Shown: positions 48,526 to 58,279 of the stretch, piece after piece | How positions within the stretch are numbered: the stretch's first letter is position 1 | Layout: every line of letters begins with the position of its first letter | Assembly (NCBI GenBank): GCA_963741945.1 | Contig: CAVUKA010000005.1 | Span: 522,557 to 586,556, forward strand | Reading direction: 5' to 3' | Origin: an uncultured Gemmatimonadales bacterium | GTDB taxonomy: Bacteria > Gemmatimonadota > Gemmatimonadetes > Longimicrobiales > RSA9 | DNA length: 64,000 nt | Made by a program: the position numbers and the translations under genes | The notes under the pieces: model-generated | What the model was told of the DNA's origin: nothing | Database searches by the model: none | The model's input: only the letters and a program-made list of their open reading frames with translations

Positions 48526-51208
48526 ATGATGACCGGCAGGATCCACCTCCGCGTGGCCCGGCGCACCGTCTGGCTGACGGCCACGGTCCTCGTCCTCGGC
48601 TCCATGATGCTGGTGAACGCCGGTGCGGGCGCCCAGTACGTCTGCCCGCGCGCCGCCGACCCGGAAGTCCAGGCTGGCTGGGCCGCGTACCGGCAGGGCG
48701 ACATGGCCGCCGCGCGCGACCACTTCGACGAAGCCGTGGGCCGCTGCCCCCGTCACGTGGGCGGACGGACCGGGCTGGCCTACGTCGAGCTACGGAGCGG
48801 CAACACCGTCGCCGCCAGCCGCCTGTTCGACGCCGTCCTGTCCGGGCACCCGAACGCCGTCGACGCGCTGGTGGGGCGGGGCATCGTGGCCTGGCGCCAG
48901 GACGAGCTCGCGCTGGTGGGCGACCGTGTTCCAGCGCGTGCGACGACTCGATCCGGGCAACGCCGAAGCCGACCGCTACCTCGGGCTCCTGCAGGCCCGC
49001 GAGCCCGCCCCCCGTCCCGCCCCGCCCCGCCCGCCGCTGACGCGGCCGGACACCCTCGAGCTGCCGGCCCGCGCCTTCGGCGACCACCTCGAAGTGCGCA
49101 CCGACACCGGCTGGGCCCGTCTCTACATCAAGGCCATCGACCTCGGCGCGGCGCTCCCCGGCCACTTCGCCACCCAGTTCCCGGACTCCGCCACCTACGC
49201 CCGCTGGCTGGACGGGATGGCGGCCACGGGAGCCAACGCCGTGCGCGTGTACACGCGCCACCCGCCCGCGTTCTACGAAGCGCTCGCCGACCACGACGCG
49301 CGCCACCCCGACCACCCGCTCTGGCTCATGCAGGGGGTGTGGGCGGACCTGCCGCCGGACGGCACCCGCTACGCCGATCCGGCCTGGCAGGGCGAGTTCC
49401 TCGCCGACGTCGGCCGCGCCATCGACATCATCCACGGCCGCGCCGACATCGCGCCGAAGCCCGGCATGGCCTCCGGCCACTACGCCGCCGACGTGTCGCG
49501 CTGGACGCTGGCCATCATCCTGGGGCGCGAGTGGGAGGCCACGTCGGTGATCGGCTTCGACCGGCTGCGCCCCGACTTCACCGCCTGGGCCGGCACCTAC
49601 GCCACCGCCACCGGCGCGTCGCCCATGGAAGCGTGGCTCACCATGGTCGTGGACTCCACCGTGGCCATCGAGACGCGCAGGTACAACACGCAGCGGCCGG
49701 TCTCCTACACCAACTGGCCCACCACCGACCCGCTGCGCCACCCGACGGAAGCAACCAGCCTCGAGGAAGCCGCCATCCTCCGCGGCCTGGGTGACGGCAT
49801 CGACCTCGGACAGGTGATGCTGGAAGGCGAGGACGCGGTCACCATCGACCCGGGGCACACGCGCGCCACCGGCCGCTTCCCGGCCGGGTTCTTCGCCACC
49901 TACCACGTCTACCCGTACTACCCGGACTTCATGACCCGCGAGCCGGCGTACCTGCACGCCGTCTCGCCCTGGGGCCCCTCCAACTACTTCGGCTACCTCA
50001 CCGCCCTGAAGCGCTACCACCGCGACATCCCCGTCTTCATCGGCGAGTACGGGCTGCCCCCGAGCATCGGCGTGTCCCACGTCGCCCCCTTCGGCTGGCA
50101 CCACGGCGGCCTCACCGAGGCGCGGGCCGCCGCGGGCACCGCACGCCTCACCCGCGAGATCGCCGCCGCGGGCATGGCCGGGGGCGGCGTGTTCGAGTGG
50201 ATCGACGAGTGGTTCAAGAAGACGTGGGTGACCCAGCAGTTCGAGTCGCCGCCGGAACGGGACCGCATGTGGTACAACCGCCTCGACTCCGAGGAGCACT
50301 TCGGCCTCAACGCCGTGGAGCCGGAGCCCCGCATCCGCGGCGAGACCCTCGCCGAGCGGGTGAACGGCGGCTGGCTCATGGTGCGGCCGGCATACGACGA
50401 TTCCACCCGGGGCACCCTCCGCCTCCTGGCCGACGAGGCCTACCTCCGCGTGCTCTACGTCGCGCCGCGGCGCGTCGACGAGGTCCTGCTCGGCTTCGAC
50501 GTCATCGACCCCCGCCGCGGCGACAGCCGCTGGCCCGGCAAGGTGGGCCCCCGCCTGCCCGTGGGCCTCGAGGTCGTCCTGCGCGCCCGCGGCGACACCG
50601 CCCGCATCCTGAAGGACACCCACTCGCAGCCGATCCGGATCCGCGAGCTGCCCGCCGCGCCCATCGATTCCGGACCCGACATCGCGTCGCCGCCGCCAGG
50701 GTTCTTCCGCGGCCGATTCGTCACGGTCGGCAGGCTGCGCATCCACTCCCGCCTCAACGACGACGGCGTCTACGAACCGCCTCGCCTGGTCTTCTCGCGA
50801 CGCATGTTCGCCCGCGACTCCACCGAGTTCGCCGCCCTCGGCTACGACGCCGGCCTGCTGCCGAACGGCCCCGGGCCCGACGGCCTGTGGCAGACCAATG
50901 GCACCGCCTGGGAGTTCCGCATCCCCTGGCAGCTCCTGGACGTGGGCGACCCCAGCCAGCTCCTCGTGCTCCAGGACACGCTCCAGCGCTGGCGCGGCGG
51001 CCCCCTGGAGACCGTGCCCGTGGACGCCATCCGCGTCCTGGCCGCCGCCCGCACCCGCTCCGGCGACTGGCTCCAGCTCCCGGCCTCCAACCGCCTCGAG
51101 GACGTCGCCTCCTTCTCCTGGGCCACCTGGGAAGAGCCGAAGTGGCAGGCCAGGCCCCGGCCGGTCCTCGATTCCCTGCGCGAGGCGTGGAGCGGGATAC
51201 CGGAATGA
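48526..51208 (+). pseudogene. frameshifted CDS: signal peptide + TPR + clan GH-A-like TIM-barrel glycosidase domain
   Basis: Frame 1 (48526 to about 48927) encodes a signal peptide and TPR sequence. Frame 2 (about 48926 to 51208) continues the same TPR (VFQRVRRLDPGNAEADRYLG) and a TIM-barrel-like domain (VRVYTRHPP, ILGREWE, FIGEYG, FEWIDEWFKKTW). After the junction, frame 1 becomes R/P-rich nonsense. Confidence 0.65.
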
Positions 51209-51406
51209 CGGAGCCGTTGCGGGAACGCTGCGCACCGTAGACGGGGTTCGATGAGCGGAGGTTCATCTCCGGCTGGGGTGGCATCTCCACCTCCCGAACA
51301 CCAATCTTTAGTGGGCACCGTTTGGGCCGCGGTTCGCGCAGCGTCGAGTATTCCCAACGTCCACTTTAGCGAAAGACATTGCAAAATCCTACTCAATGAC
51401 ACCCGG

Positions 51407-52375
51407 TTATCGGACCGCATTTACGGCCAGAGACTGGTCAGATATCGCTCGGGGATGATGGCTGGAAACGAAGACCGCGATGGGCACCAGCGCCAGCGGG
51501 AGATAGGGGATCAAAACGTACGGCGATGCGAATACTCCCGCCACGAGGACGCAGGCCACTTGCAGCCGTGGCGAACGATGCCGCAGCATGACACCCACCA
51601 CTACGGGAGCCAGCACTCCCAGGAACACCGGGATCCATGGAAGGCCGAGCCAATCGCCAATAGGGGTGGTGGGCGAAAGGTTGAGACCCGCCCACCCTTG
51701 CGCCACGTGCGGCAACACCTCGGTGAGCCAATGAAGCGACGCGCGAACGAACCCGCCCGGTGAAAGTGCCGCCATTCCCACGAGGACCGACCCGGCCAAG
51801 GCGGCTGCGGCGCCAGCAAACGCGCGGCGGTCCCGAGCTGCGGCAAAGGCGAGGGGAAAAACAGCATACGGCTTGACCACGGCGACGAGGGCAAGGAGTG
51901 CGCCGCGTCGTGCGCCGGAAAGAGCCACACCCCATCCCGCCAGCGCCCAAAGCACCGGGTCTACATTGGCGAAACCCAGGCCCACGGCTGCACCGGGGAA
52001 CGCCCCCGCGATGAATACCCAGGCGGCCCATCCTGATGGCGTGGCCCGCCCATGGGCGATCCTGGCCAGTGCCGCGGCAAAGGCCCAGAACGAGGCGAAC
52101 AGCAGCACGGACCAGCACCGGCTGAAAGTCACGAAGGACATCCGCGGAGCCAGGGACAGCGCAGGGGCGAGCACCGGGGGATAGAGGTACCAGAAGTCCC
52201 CGTGTTCGACGACCTTGCCCTTCGACATGGGCGGATACAGCGGCTCGCCGTCCTGGATCCTCCGTTGCGCCAGCCAGTTGCTGGGGACGTCCCGATCGCT
52301 CCAGGACGGATTCATCATTTCCCGCGGCAGCATGACAACGGCGGTTGCCGCGGTGAATGCCCACGCTACCATCAT
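51407..52375 (-). CDS. DUF2029/GT87-like polytopic membrane protein (copy A)
   Basis: Start set at ATG 52375 (uncertain). LYPP...FWYLYPPVLAPAL motif and 8 or more TM helices. Paralog of 57128-58273 (FSRCWSVLLFASFWAFAAALARIAHGR vs FQRAWFLVVAFSFWAFAALLARIARGR; VKPYAV in both). Confidence 0.65.
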   Translation of the reverse strand: MMVAWAFTAATAVVMLPREMMNPSWSDRDVPSNWLAQRRIQDGEPLYPPMSKGKVVEHGDFWYLYPPVLAPALSLAPRMSFVTFSRCWSVLLFASFWAFAAALARIAHGRATPSGWAAWVFIAGAFPGAAVGLGFANVDPVLWALAGWGVALSGARRGALLALVAVVKPYAVFPLAFAAARDRRAFAGAAAALAGSVLVGMAALSPGGFVRASLHWLTEVLPHVAQGWAGLNLSPTTPIGDWLGLPWIPVFLGVLAPVVVGVMLRHRSPRLQVACVLVAGVFASPYVLIPYLPLALVPIAVFVSSHHPRAISDQSLAVNAVR

Positions 52376-52479
52376 GGCCCGGCGGGCGAGCCATTCCGTG
52401 TTCAGCTTCAACTTGACTCCAGTGACCAAACGAGAAGGCTCCCGCTCGCGGATCGCGGGTGCGGACGCTCCATGGCGGA

Positions 52480-54027
52480 TCAGGTGCCGGCGCGGACCAG
52501 CAGCACAGCCACCGAATCCTCGTGGGCCACCCGCCACTGTGGTGTTTCCTTGAGGGCTTCCACCAGCGGCGCATCCGGCCGGACCAGCACCAGGGAAAAG
52601 CCGTAGTGATCCATCAATTCTTTCCAGCCCCGTTCCGCGCTGACGATCGTGCCGTACTCCTTCACCAGATCGTCGCCGAAGAAGTCTGCCATGCTGTCGA
52701 CGAACAGGCGCTGCCCCGGCCAGGCATACAGCACGTACCCACCCCAGCTGTACTGGCTGAACAGGCGTCCGCCCAGACGCGCCTCCCTGGCATATCGCAC
52801 GGCCGCGGCCGGAAAGACATCCGGTGAGGGCTGGTCGGGTACGATCGTGATCCGCTGCGTCCTTCCGTCCGTCAGCAGCAGCGCCACCAGGAGCGTCCCG
52901 ACGCCGAGTCCCAGCCGCCAGCCCCGCGTGTCGGAGCGTGCGAACTCCTCGCGCATCCGCCCCACCAGGCCGGCGTGCAGCTGCCGCACCAAGGGCGTGA
53001 GCGCGCGCGCCATCACGGGGAGCGCGAAGAGGGCGAACATCGCCGTGTTGCGACGGGCGGAGAGCGCCCCCATGAACGCCGCGGCGGTGACCAGGAGCGG
53101 CCGCCACCCGGGCCACTCCTTCTGCGCCGCCAGGCCGAGCACCAGGAGGCCGCAAACGGCCATGAACGGCAGTCCCTCGGGGGAGAAGGCGATGAGCGCC
53201 TGGAACTCGTTCACCTGCGCCACGGTCTGGCTCCCCATCCACGTCATGGCGTGCACGTGCAGCGCCCAGCCGAACGGGTTGAGGAGCGACGCCGCGAGCG
53301 CGACGACGAAAGGGGCGGCAGACGTGCGCAGCGCCGACAGCCGGGGACGTCCGGCCCTGATCTCGTCGATCCATTCCCCCGCTCCCCATGCTCCGACCAT
53401 CACGGCCCCGTAAAGGAATCCGGGATGCAGGTTGGCCCAGAACGCGAACAGGAGCGAAGTCCAAAGCAGCCGGCGGCGCGACAGCAGGGCGTGAGGCAGG
53501 GCGGCGAGCGCGAGATAGGAGAACAGGTGGGGCCGCGCGATCCAGTGCGACTGGTTCAGCACGACCGCCGCGGCGCCCGTGACCAGCGCCAGCCAGGGGT
53601 CGCCGCCATCCCGCCGCACGTATGCAACCACCAGCGCCACGGCCCCGCCGATGAGCAGCGCGGCCAGCGCCACCACGCCGGCGAATCCAGCCGCCGCATG
53701 GGCCCCGGCGTATGCCACCTGGCTGAGCCATTCATAGGCGAGGAACGGCTCTCCGGCCCGGGAGAAGGAGAACGGGTCCGCGAACCTCGGCCCATGCCCG
53801 AGGATGTAGCGGCCGATGAGGATGTGCCGGAGGAGGTCGCCGTCACCATTGACCAGCCGCCCGTGGGCCAGGAATGCCGCTGAAGCCGAGGTCAGGGCGA
53901 ACGCCATACCTACCACGGATGCCTGCTGGGGCTCACGGGCCGGCACAGCGGCACCGGCCGGCGGTTGCGAAACGGGTGAAGCCTCCTGGCCCGCCCGGGC
54001 GGTTTCCGTCGCGCCGGGGCCGCTCAC
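52480..54027 (-). CDS. large polytopic membrane protein with C-terminal soluble domain, GT-C-like architecture (copy B)
   Basis: GTG 54027 in a GTGA overlap with the GT2 stop. VNGDGDLLRHILIGRYILGHGPRFADPFSF..FLAYEWLSQ, WANLHPGFLYG and YSWGGYVLYAWPGQRLFVDSMADFFG. Close paralog of 55608-57131. Confidence 0.75.
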   Translation of the reverse strand: MSGPGATETARAGQEASPVSQPPAGAAVPAREPQQASVVGMAFALTSASAAFLAHGRLVNGDGDLLRHILIGRYILGHGPRFADPFSFSRAGEPFLAYEWLSQVAYAGAHAAAGFAGVVALAALLIGGAVALVVAYVRRDGGDPWLALVTGAAAVVLNQSHWIARPHLFSYLALAALPHALLSRRRLLWTSLLFAFWANLHPGFLYGAVMVGAWGAGEWIDEIRAGRPRLSALRTSAAPFVVALAASLLNPFGWALHVHAMTWMGSQTVAQVNEFQALIAFSPEGLPFMAVCGLLVLGLAAQKEWPGWRPLLVTAAAFMGALSARRNTAMFALFALPVMARALTPLVRQLHAGLVGRMREEFARSDTRGWRLGLGVGTLLVALLLTDGRTQRITIVPDQPSPDVFPAAAVRYAREARLGGRLFSQYSWGGYVLYAWPGQRLFVDSMADFFGDDLVKEYGTIVSAERGWKELMDHYGFSLVLVRPDAPLVEALKETPQWRVAHEDSVAVLLVRAGT

Positions 54028-54848
54028 GGCTCCCTTCCCGCCGTCATCGGCTCCGTTCCTTTCGATGCGGGCCGGCCGGTTGGCCCGGCCACCAGGCGGC
54101 GCCCGGGCCGCTGCACCCACAGGCGAAGAAGAAAAAGGAAAGCGCGGGCGCCCGCCAGCATGGAGACCTTCGACTCGCCCACGTCGCGCCAGGCGGGAAG
54201 CGGCACCTCTACGATCCTGTCGATCCCGCTGTCCCCCCACCCCTCCTGGAGGCGGCGCAGCAGCTCGATGTCGAACGCCCAGCGCGATTTGAACGGCCGC
54301 TGGAGTGCGTGCTCCAGGGCCGATGACTTCCGCAGGAGCTTGGCACCGCACTGTGTGTCGTATACGGGCACGCCGAGCGCCAGCGACGCCAGTGTGCCAT
54401 AGGCACGCCCGGCCAGGTGGCGCAGGCCGGACCGCTGGATCTCGCGGCCCAGCATTCGAACGCGCGCGCCCATGACCACGTCCACCCCACGGCGCTCATC
54501 CAGGAGTTGATCGAACGCTTCGATCATGTCCAGCGGCGTGGCGAGATCAGCGTCCCAGTAGCCCACGCGCGACGCGCCCGCGTCGAGCGCCGTCCTGAGG
54601 CCGGCCCGAACCGCCTCTGCCTTCCCCACGTTCTGCTCCAGCGCCAGCACGCGGCAGCCGCCGGCACGGAGGCGCCCGATCCCGACGGCAAGGGCGTCCA
54701 GCGACCGGCGCGTGCCATCGGTGCTTCCGTCGTCCACGAAGATGAACGTGGGCGCGCGGGAGCCAGCGGCCGCCGCCAGGAATGCGGACGCATCCAGGCG
54801 AAGCGCCTCGTTGTAGCACGGCACGACCACCCAAGCATCACTCGCCAT
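54024..54848 (-). CDS. family-2 glycosyltransferase, polyprenyl/dolichyl-phosphate hexose synthase-like
   Basis: VVVPCYNE, FVDDGSTDGT, YWDADL (DxD), YDTQCGAKLL and RWAFDIELL resemble Alg5/GtrB-type lipid-phosphate sugar synthases. Confidence 0.8.
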   Translation of the reverse strand: MASDAWVVVPCYNEALRLDASAFLAAAAGSRAPTFIFVDDGSTDGTRRSLDALAVGIGRLRAGGCRVLALEQNVGKAEAVRAGLRTALDAGASRVGYWDADLATPLDMIEAFDQLLDERRGVDVVMGARVRMLGREIQRSGLRHLAGRAYGTLASLALGVPVYDTQCGAKLLRKSSALEHALQRPFKSRWAFDIELLRRLQEGWGDSGIDRIVEVPLPAWRDVGESKVSMLAGARAFLFLLRLWVQRPGRRLVAGPTGRPASKGTEPMTAGREP

Positions 54849-55611
54849 CGGCCTGGCTCCGCCTCAGAATCGCCAACAGACTCAGCCCATGCCCCGGGAG
54901 ATCGCGGCGTCCCCGCTTCAGCGCATCCACGAGCCCTGGAACCTCGCCCGTGAACACCCGTTCCAGGGCGCGGTTCACCGGCGCCCATGGCAGCCCCATA
55001 TCGCTTCCTTCGCGCCCCGTGCCGCTCCCCCGCCACGCCCCGAGACGCCGGACCATCCGCGCCAGCGGGTACAGCCGGCGATTGAATGGCGCCAGCAGGC
55101 GGACTTCTGCCGGGACGCCCGACCAGGCGTCCCAGAGCATCTCGCGGGTGTATCGCCGGTAGTGTCCGTACACCTCGTCGTGGGGGCTCCAGAGCCAGGG
55201 CCCGAACGGCACGGTCATCAGCAGGTGCGCCTCCGGGCGCATGCTGCCGATCAACCGCTCCAGGAAAGCGTGGTCATGCTCGACGTGCTCCAGGACATCG
55301 CAGAGGAGGACCAGGTCGGCCCGGCCGATCATTTCCCTGCCGGCCTCCGGAGCGGCGCCTGTTTCGAAGCTGACGCCCGGATGGGCCCGTCGCGCCAGCT
55401 GGATTGCCGTGGGCGAGCTGTCGATCCCGTGGCGGTCGTGCCTCTCGGGGAACGCACCGATATCCGCGCCCGTGCCGCACCCGACATCCACCACCACACC
55501 CCGTTCGGGCAACAGCCGCGTCCCGAGTTCCAGGATGGCCCTGCGCCGCCCCCGGAACCACCAGTGGCGCGCCTCGAGCGCGTGGTGCGTGCTGAACAGC
55601 TGTTCCTTCAT
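54838..55611 (-). CDS. class I SAM-dependent methyltransferase
   Basis: ATG 55611 in an ATGA overlap with the upstream stop. HWWFRGRR, VVDVGCGTG and LLCDVLEHVE motifs. 11-nt overlap with the GT2 start. Confidence 0.85.
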   Translation of the reverse strand: MKEQLFSTHHALEARHWWFRGRRRAILELGTRLLPERGVVVDVGCGTGADIGAFPERHDRHGIDSSPTAIQLARRAHPGVSFETGAAPEAGREMIGRADLVLLCDVLEHVEHDHAFLERLIGSMRPEAHLLMTVPFGPWLWSPHDEVYGHYRRYTREMLWDAWSGVPAEVRLLAPFNRRLYPLARMVRRLGAWRGSGTGREGSDMGLPWAPVNRALERVFTGEVPGLVDALKRGRRDLPGHGLSLLAILRRSQADGE

Positions 55612-57131
55612 CCGCCCTCCCCGTTCTTCGCCAGCAGGACCGCCACGCCGTCCTCGTGCACAACGCGCCAGCCGTCGGCCCCGCGGAGCGCCTCCACGAT
55701 GGGCGTTCCCGGCGGGAAAAGCACGACGGAGATCCGGTTCCGGGCCAGCAGATTGCGCCAGCCGGGCCGGGCGTCCCTCAGCACGACGTAGTCGCCGATG
55801 AGCTCCGGGCCGAAGAAGTCGGCCATGCTGTCCACGAACACGCGCTGCCCCGGCCACGCGTAGAGGACGTAGCCGCCCCATGTGTACTCGCTGATCAGGC
55901 GACCGTCCAGTTGTTGACTCATGGCCACCCGGACCGCCGCCTCGGGAAACACGTGGGGCGAGAACCGGTCCGGCAGCAGCCCGGGTCCCCCGACCCGGCC
56001 CACCACGAGAAGCAGTGCCAGACCGGCCGCGGCCATCGAACCATGGCGCGATCCTGGTCGATCCGATCGGGCGAACTCCGCGCGCATCCGGCCCAGCAGC
56101 CAGTGCGGGAGCGCCGCCATGGCGGGCGCCAGCGCGCGGGCCGCGAGGGGGAGCGCGAACAACGGAAGCAGCGTCGTGTACCGGCGTCCCATGAACGATA
56201 CGGCCACCGCAATGGTGAACGGGAGCACCGCCGGCCACGGCCTGGCAGGCCGGGCGAGGGCGAGTCCGGCGGCGGCCGTTCCGGCAACAGCAAGGAACAC
56301 CAGTCCGTTGATAGACAACAGGGGGAGCGGCAGGAACTCCGAGACCCCCATGGCCGAGCCGCCTCCGCCGAGCGCAAGCGCGTGGACGTGGAGCGCCGCG
56401 CCGAAGGGGTTCAGCAGCGTGGCGGCGGAAGCGACCAGCACGGGCACGCCCCACCGCACGACGGCGCGCCCGGTCCCATCCCCGGAGCGGACGTCCTCCA
56501 CGGCCATGCCCGACGACCATGCGCCGAGCATCACCAGTCCATAGAGAAACCCCGGGTGGAGGTTGGCCCACAGCGCGAACAACACCCCGAGCCACAGCGT
56601 CCGACGCGGGGACTCGATTGCGTACAGCAGCGCCGCGAGACCAAGGAAGCTGAACAGGTGGGGGCGCGCCAGCCAGTGCGGGTACGTCAGCACCACGGCA
56701 GCCGTCCCGACCATGAACGCGAGCCACGGGTCCCCCGCAGCCCGGACCCAGCGCACCACCAGCGCGAAGGATGTGGCCAGGAGCAGCGACGAGAGGACGA
56801 CCACGCCAGCGAGCCCCAGCCAGCCATGGACGGCCGCAAGCAACGCCTGACTCAGCCATTCGTACGCCAGAAACGGGTCTCCCCCTCGCGTGAATGAAAA
56901 CGGATCCGCGAAGCGCGGCCCGTGCGCCAGGATATACCGGCCGGTCACGAGGTGACGGGCCAGGTCACCGTCCCCATTCACCAGCATTCCGCCGAAGCCC
57001 AGCGGGATCACGAGCGCCCAGAGAGCGAACGTGAGATCGACCACCGACGCGCGGCCGCGCTCGCCATGGGCCGCGCCCAGCTCGGCACCGCCACGCGTGG
57101 ACACGGCGGCCTCCACCGGTCCGTGCATCAC
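55608..57131 (-). CDS. large polytopic membrane protein, GT-C-like architecture (copy B')
   Basis: GTG 57131 (GTGA overlap) or ATG 57128. VNGDGDLARHLVTGRYILAHGPRFADPFSF..FLAYEWLSQ, WANLHPGFLYG and YTWGGYVLYAWPGQRVFVDSMADFFG. Confidence 0.8.
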   Translation of the reverse strand: MMHGPVEAAVSTRGGAELGAAHGERGRASVVDLTFALWALVIPLGFGGMLVNGDGDLARHLVTGRYILAHGPRFADPFSFTRGGDPFLAYEWLSQALLAAVHGWLGLAGVVVLSSLLLATSFALVVRWVRAAGDPWLAFMVGTAAVVLTYPHWLARPHLFSFLGLAALLYAIESPRRTLWLGVLFALWANLHPGFLYGLVMLGAWSSGMAVEDVRSGDGTGRAVVRWGVPVLVASAATLLNPFGAALHVHALALGGGGSAMGVSEFLPLPLLSINGLVFLAVAGTAAAGLALARPARPWPAVLPFTIAVAVSFMGRRYTTLLPLFALPLAARALAPAMAALPHWLLGRMRAEFARSDRPGSRHGSMAAAGLALLLVVGRVGGPGLLPDRFSPHVFPEAAVRVAMSQQLDGRLISEYTWGGYVLYAWPGQRVFVDSMADFFGPELIGDYVVLRDARPGWRNLLARNRISVVLFPPGTPIVEALRGADGWRVVHEDGVAVLLAKNGEGG

Positions 57132-58273
57132 GGTCCTGCAGAGGCGCTTGCAGTGGCACCGACCGCAGCCTCAGCCGCGGCCGCGCTCCCCCCGCCCGTC
57201 GCCCGTCCCTTCTTCCGCCCGACCAGCACGGCCGCGAACACCAGCCCGATGGCCAGATATCCGTTCCAGCAGAGCGGCGAGAACAGCAGCGACGCCAGCA
57301 ATACCGCGGTCAGGTGCAGCCGGGTGTCCCACCGCCGCGTGAGCCACCAGGCGCCGAATGGCGCCGCCACGGAGGCGGCAGTCAACCACACCCTCCACCC
57401 CGGCGACAGCGGCCCTGACTCGTAGTGCGAGACGCCCGTCCAGCGGGCCACCCGCAGCACCAGGAACGATAGCGACCAGTTCGTGGACAGGAACGCGCCC
57501 TGGCCGAGCGCCGGCGGGATCGCGGTGAACCACTGCTGCGACACGCGGAAAAGCCGCGCCGGACCCAGTGCGGCGACACTCACCAGCACCACGCCCACCG
57601 CGGCCCAGACGGCTCCTCGCACCACCCGCCACCGCTCCCGCCACACCGCCGCGATCACCGCCCATACGGCGTACGGTTTCACCGCCGTCGTGAGGACCAG
57701 CCCCGCCCCGCGGAACCGCGGATACGCGATGGCCCCGGCGAAGAACACCCACAGAAGGGGATCGATGTTGAACAGCAGGAAGAACAGCAGGGCTCCCGGC
57801 ATCAGCACAACCAGGCCATGCCAAAAGAAGAATCCTCCGACGCTCCACCGCCCCCGTGCAATCCGCGCCAGGAGCGCCGCGAACGCCCAGAAGGAGAACG
57901 CCACCACGAGGAACCACGCTCGCTGGAAGGTGACCAGCTCCGTGCGGGGCAGCAGTGCCACCACGGACGCCAGGGGAGGCAGGTACGGGCTGTTGTCCAT
58001 CGGGTATCCGGTCGAGCCGGACCCCCCCATCACATCCGGTCCGAACCCCGGCATCCGCCGGTACAGCTCCTCCGCTCCTGCACGTACCCGCTCCGACTGG
58101 TACCATACCTGTGGCGAGTCCACATTGTCCGGACCGGGGTGGCGGATGCTGTCCGCCAGCCACCACGCTTGAAAGGGGATGATCAGGGCGCCGACCAACA
58201 GAAAAGGAAGGCGCACATAAAATGAAGGCGTTCTGGACCTGCTTCCGTTGACGGTGCCTGCACGGATGATCAT
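57128..58273 (-). CDS. DUF2029/GT87-like polytopic membrane protein (copy A')
   Basis: 381 aa, multi-TM. SPYLPPLASVVALLP motif. Paralog of 51407-52375. Confidence 0.75.
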   Translation of the reverse strand: MIIRAGTVNGSRSRTPSFYVRLPFLLVGALIIPFQAWWLADSIRHPGPDNVDSPQVWYQSERVRAGAEELYRRMPGFGPDVMGGSGSTGYPMDNSPYLPPLASVVALLPRTELVTFQRAWFLVVAFSFWAFAALLARIARGRWSVGGFFFWHGLVVLMPGALLFFLLFNIDPLLWVFFAGAIAYPRFRGAGLVLTTAVKPYAVWAVIAAVWRERWRVVRGAVWAAVGVVLVSVAALGPARLFRVSQQWFTAIPPALGQGAFLSTNWSLSFLVLRVARWTGVSHYESGPLSPGWRVWLTAASVAAPFGAWWLTRRWDTRLHLTAVLLASLLFSPLCWNGYLAIGLVFAAVLVGRKKGRATGGGSAAAAEAAVGATASASAGP

Positions 58274-58279
58274 TGCCGG

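Noticed and set aside
48508-49794. 428-aa ORF taken at face value as an intact protein.
   Set aside because: Only the first 140 or so residues look like real protein (signal peptide plus TPR). The remainder is R/P/A-rich and overlaps the convincing frame-2 hydrolase sequence. It is interpreted as a frameshifted single gene.
51407-53731. 774-aa ORF, and the analogous 673-aa ORF at 54838-56859, as single long proteins.
   Set aside because: Their N-terminal two-thirds overlap, in another frame, the well-supported polytopic membrane protein genes B (52480-54027) and B' (55608-57131). Only the C-terminal parts (the DUF2029-like protein and the methyltransferase) look genuine.
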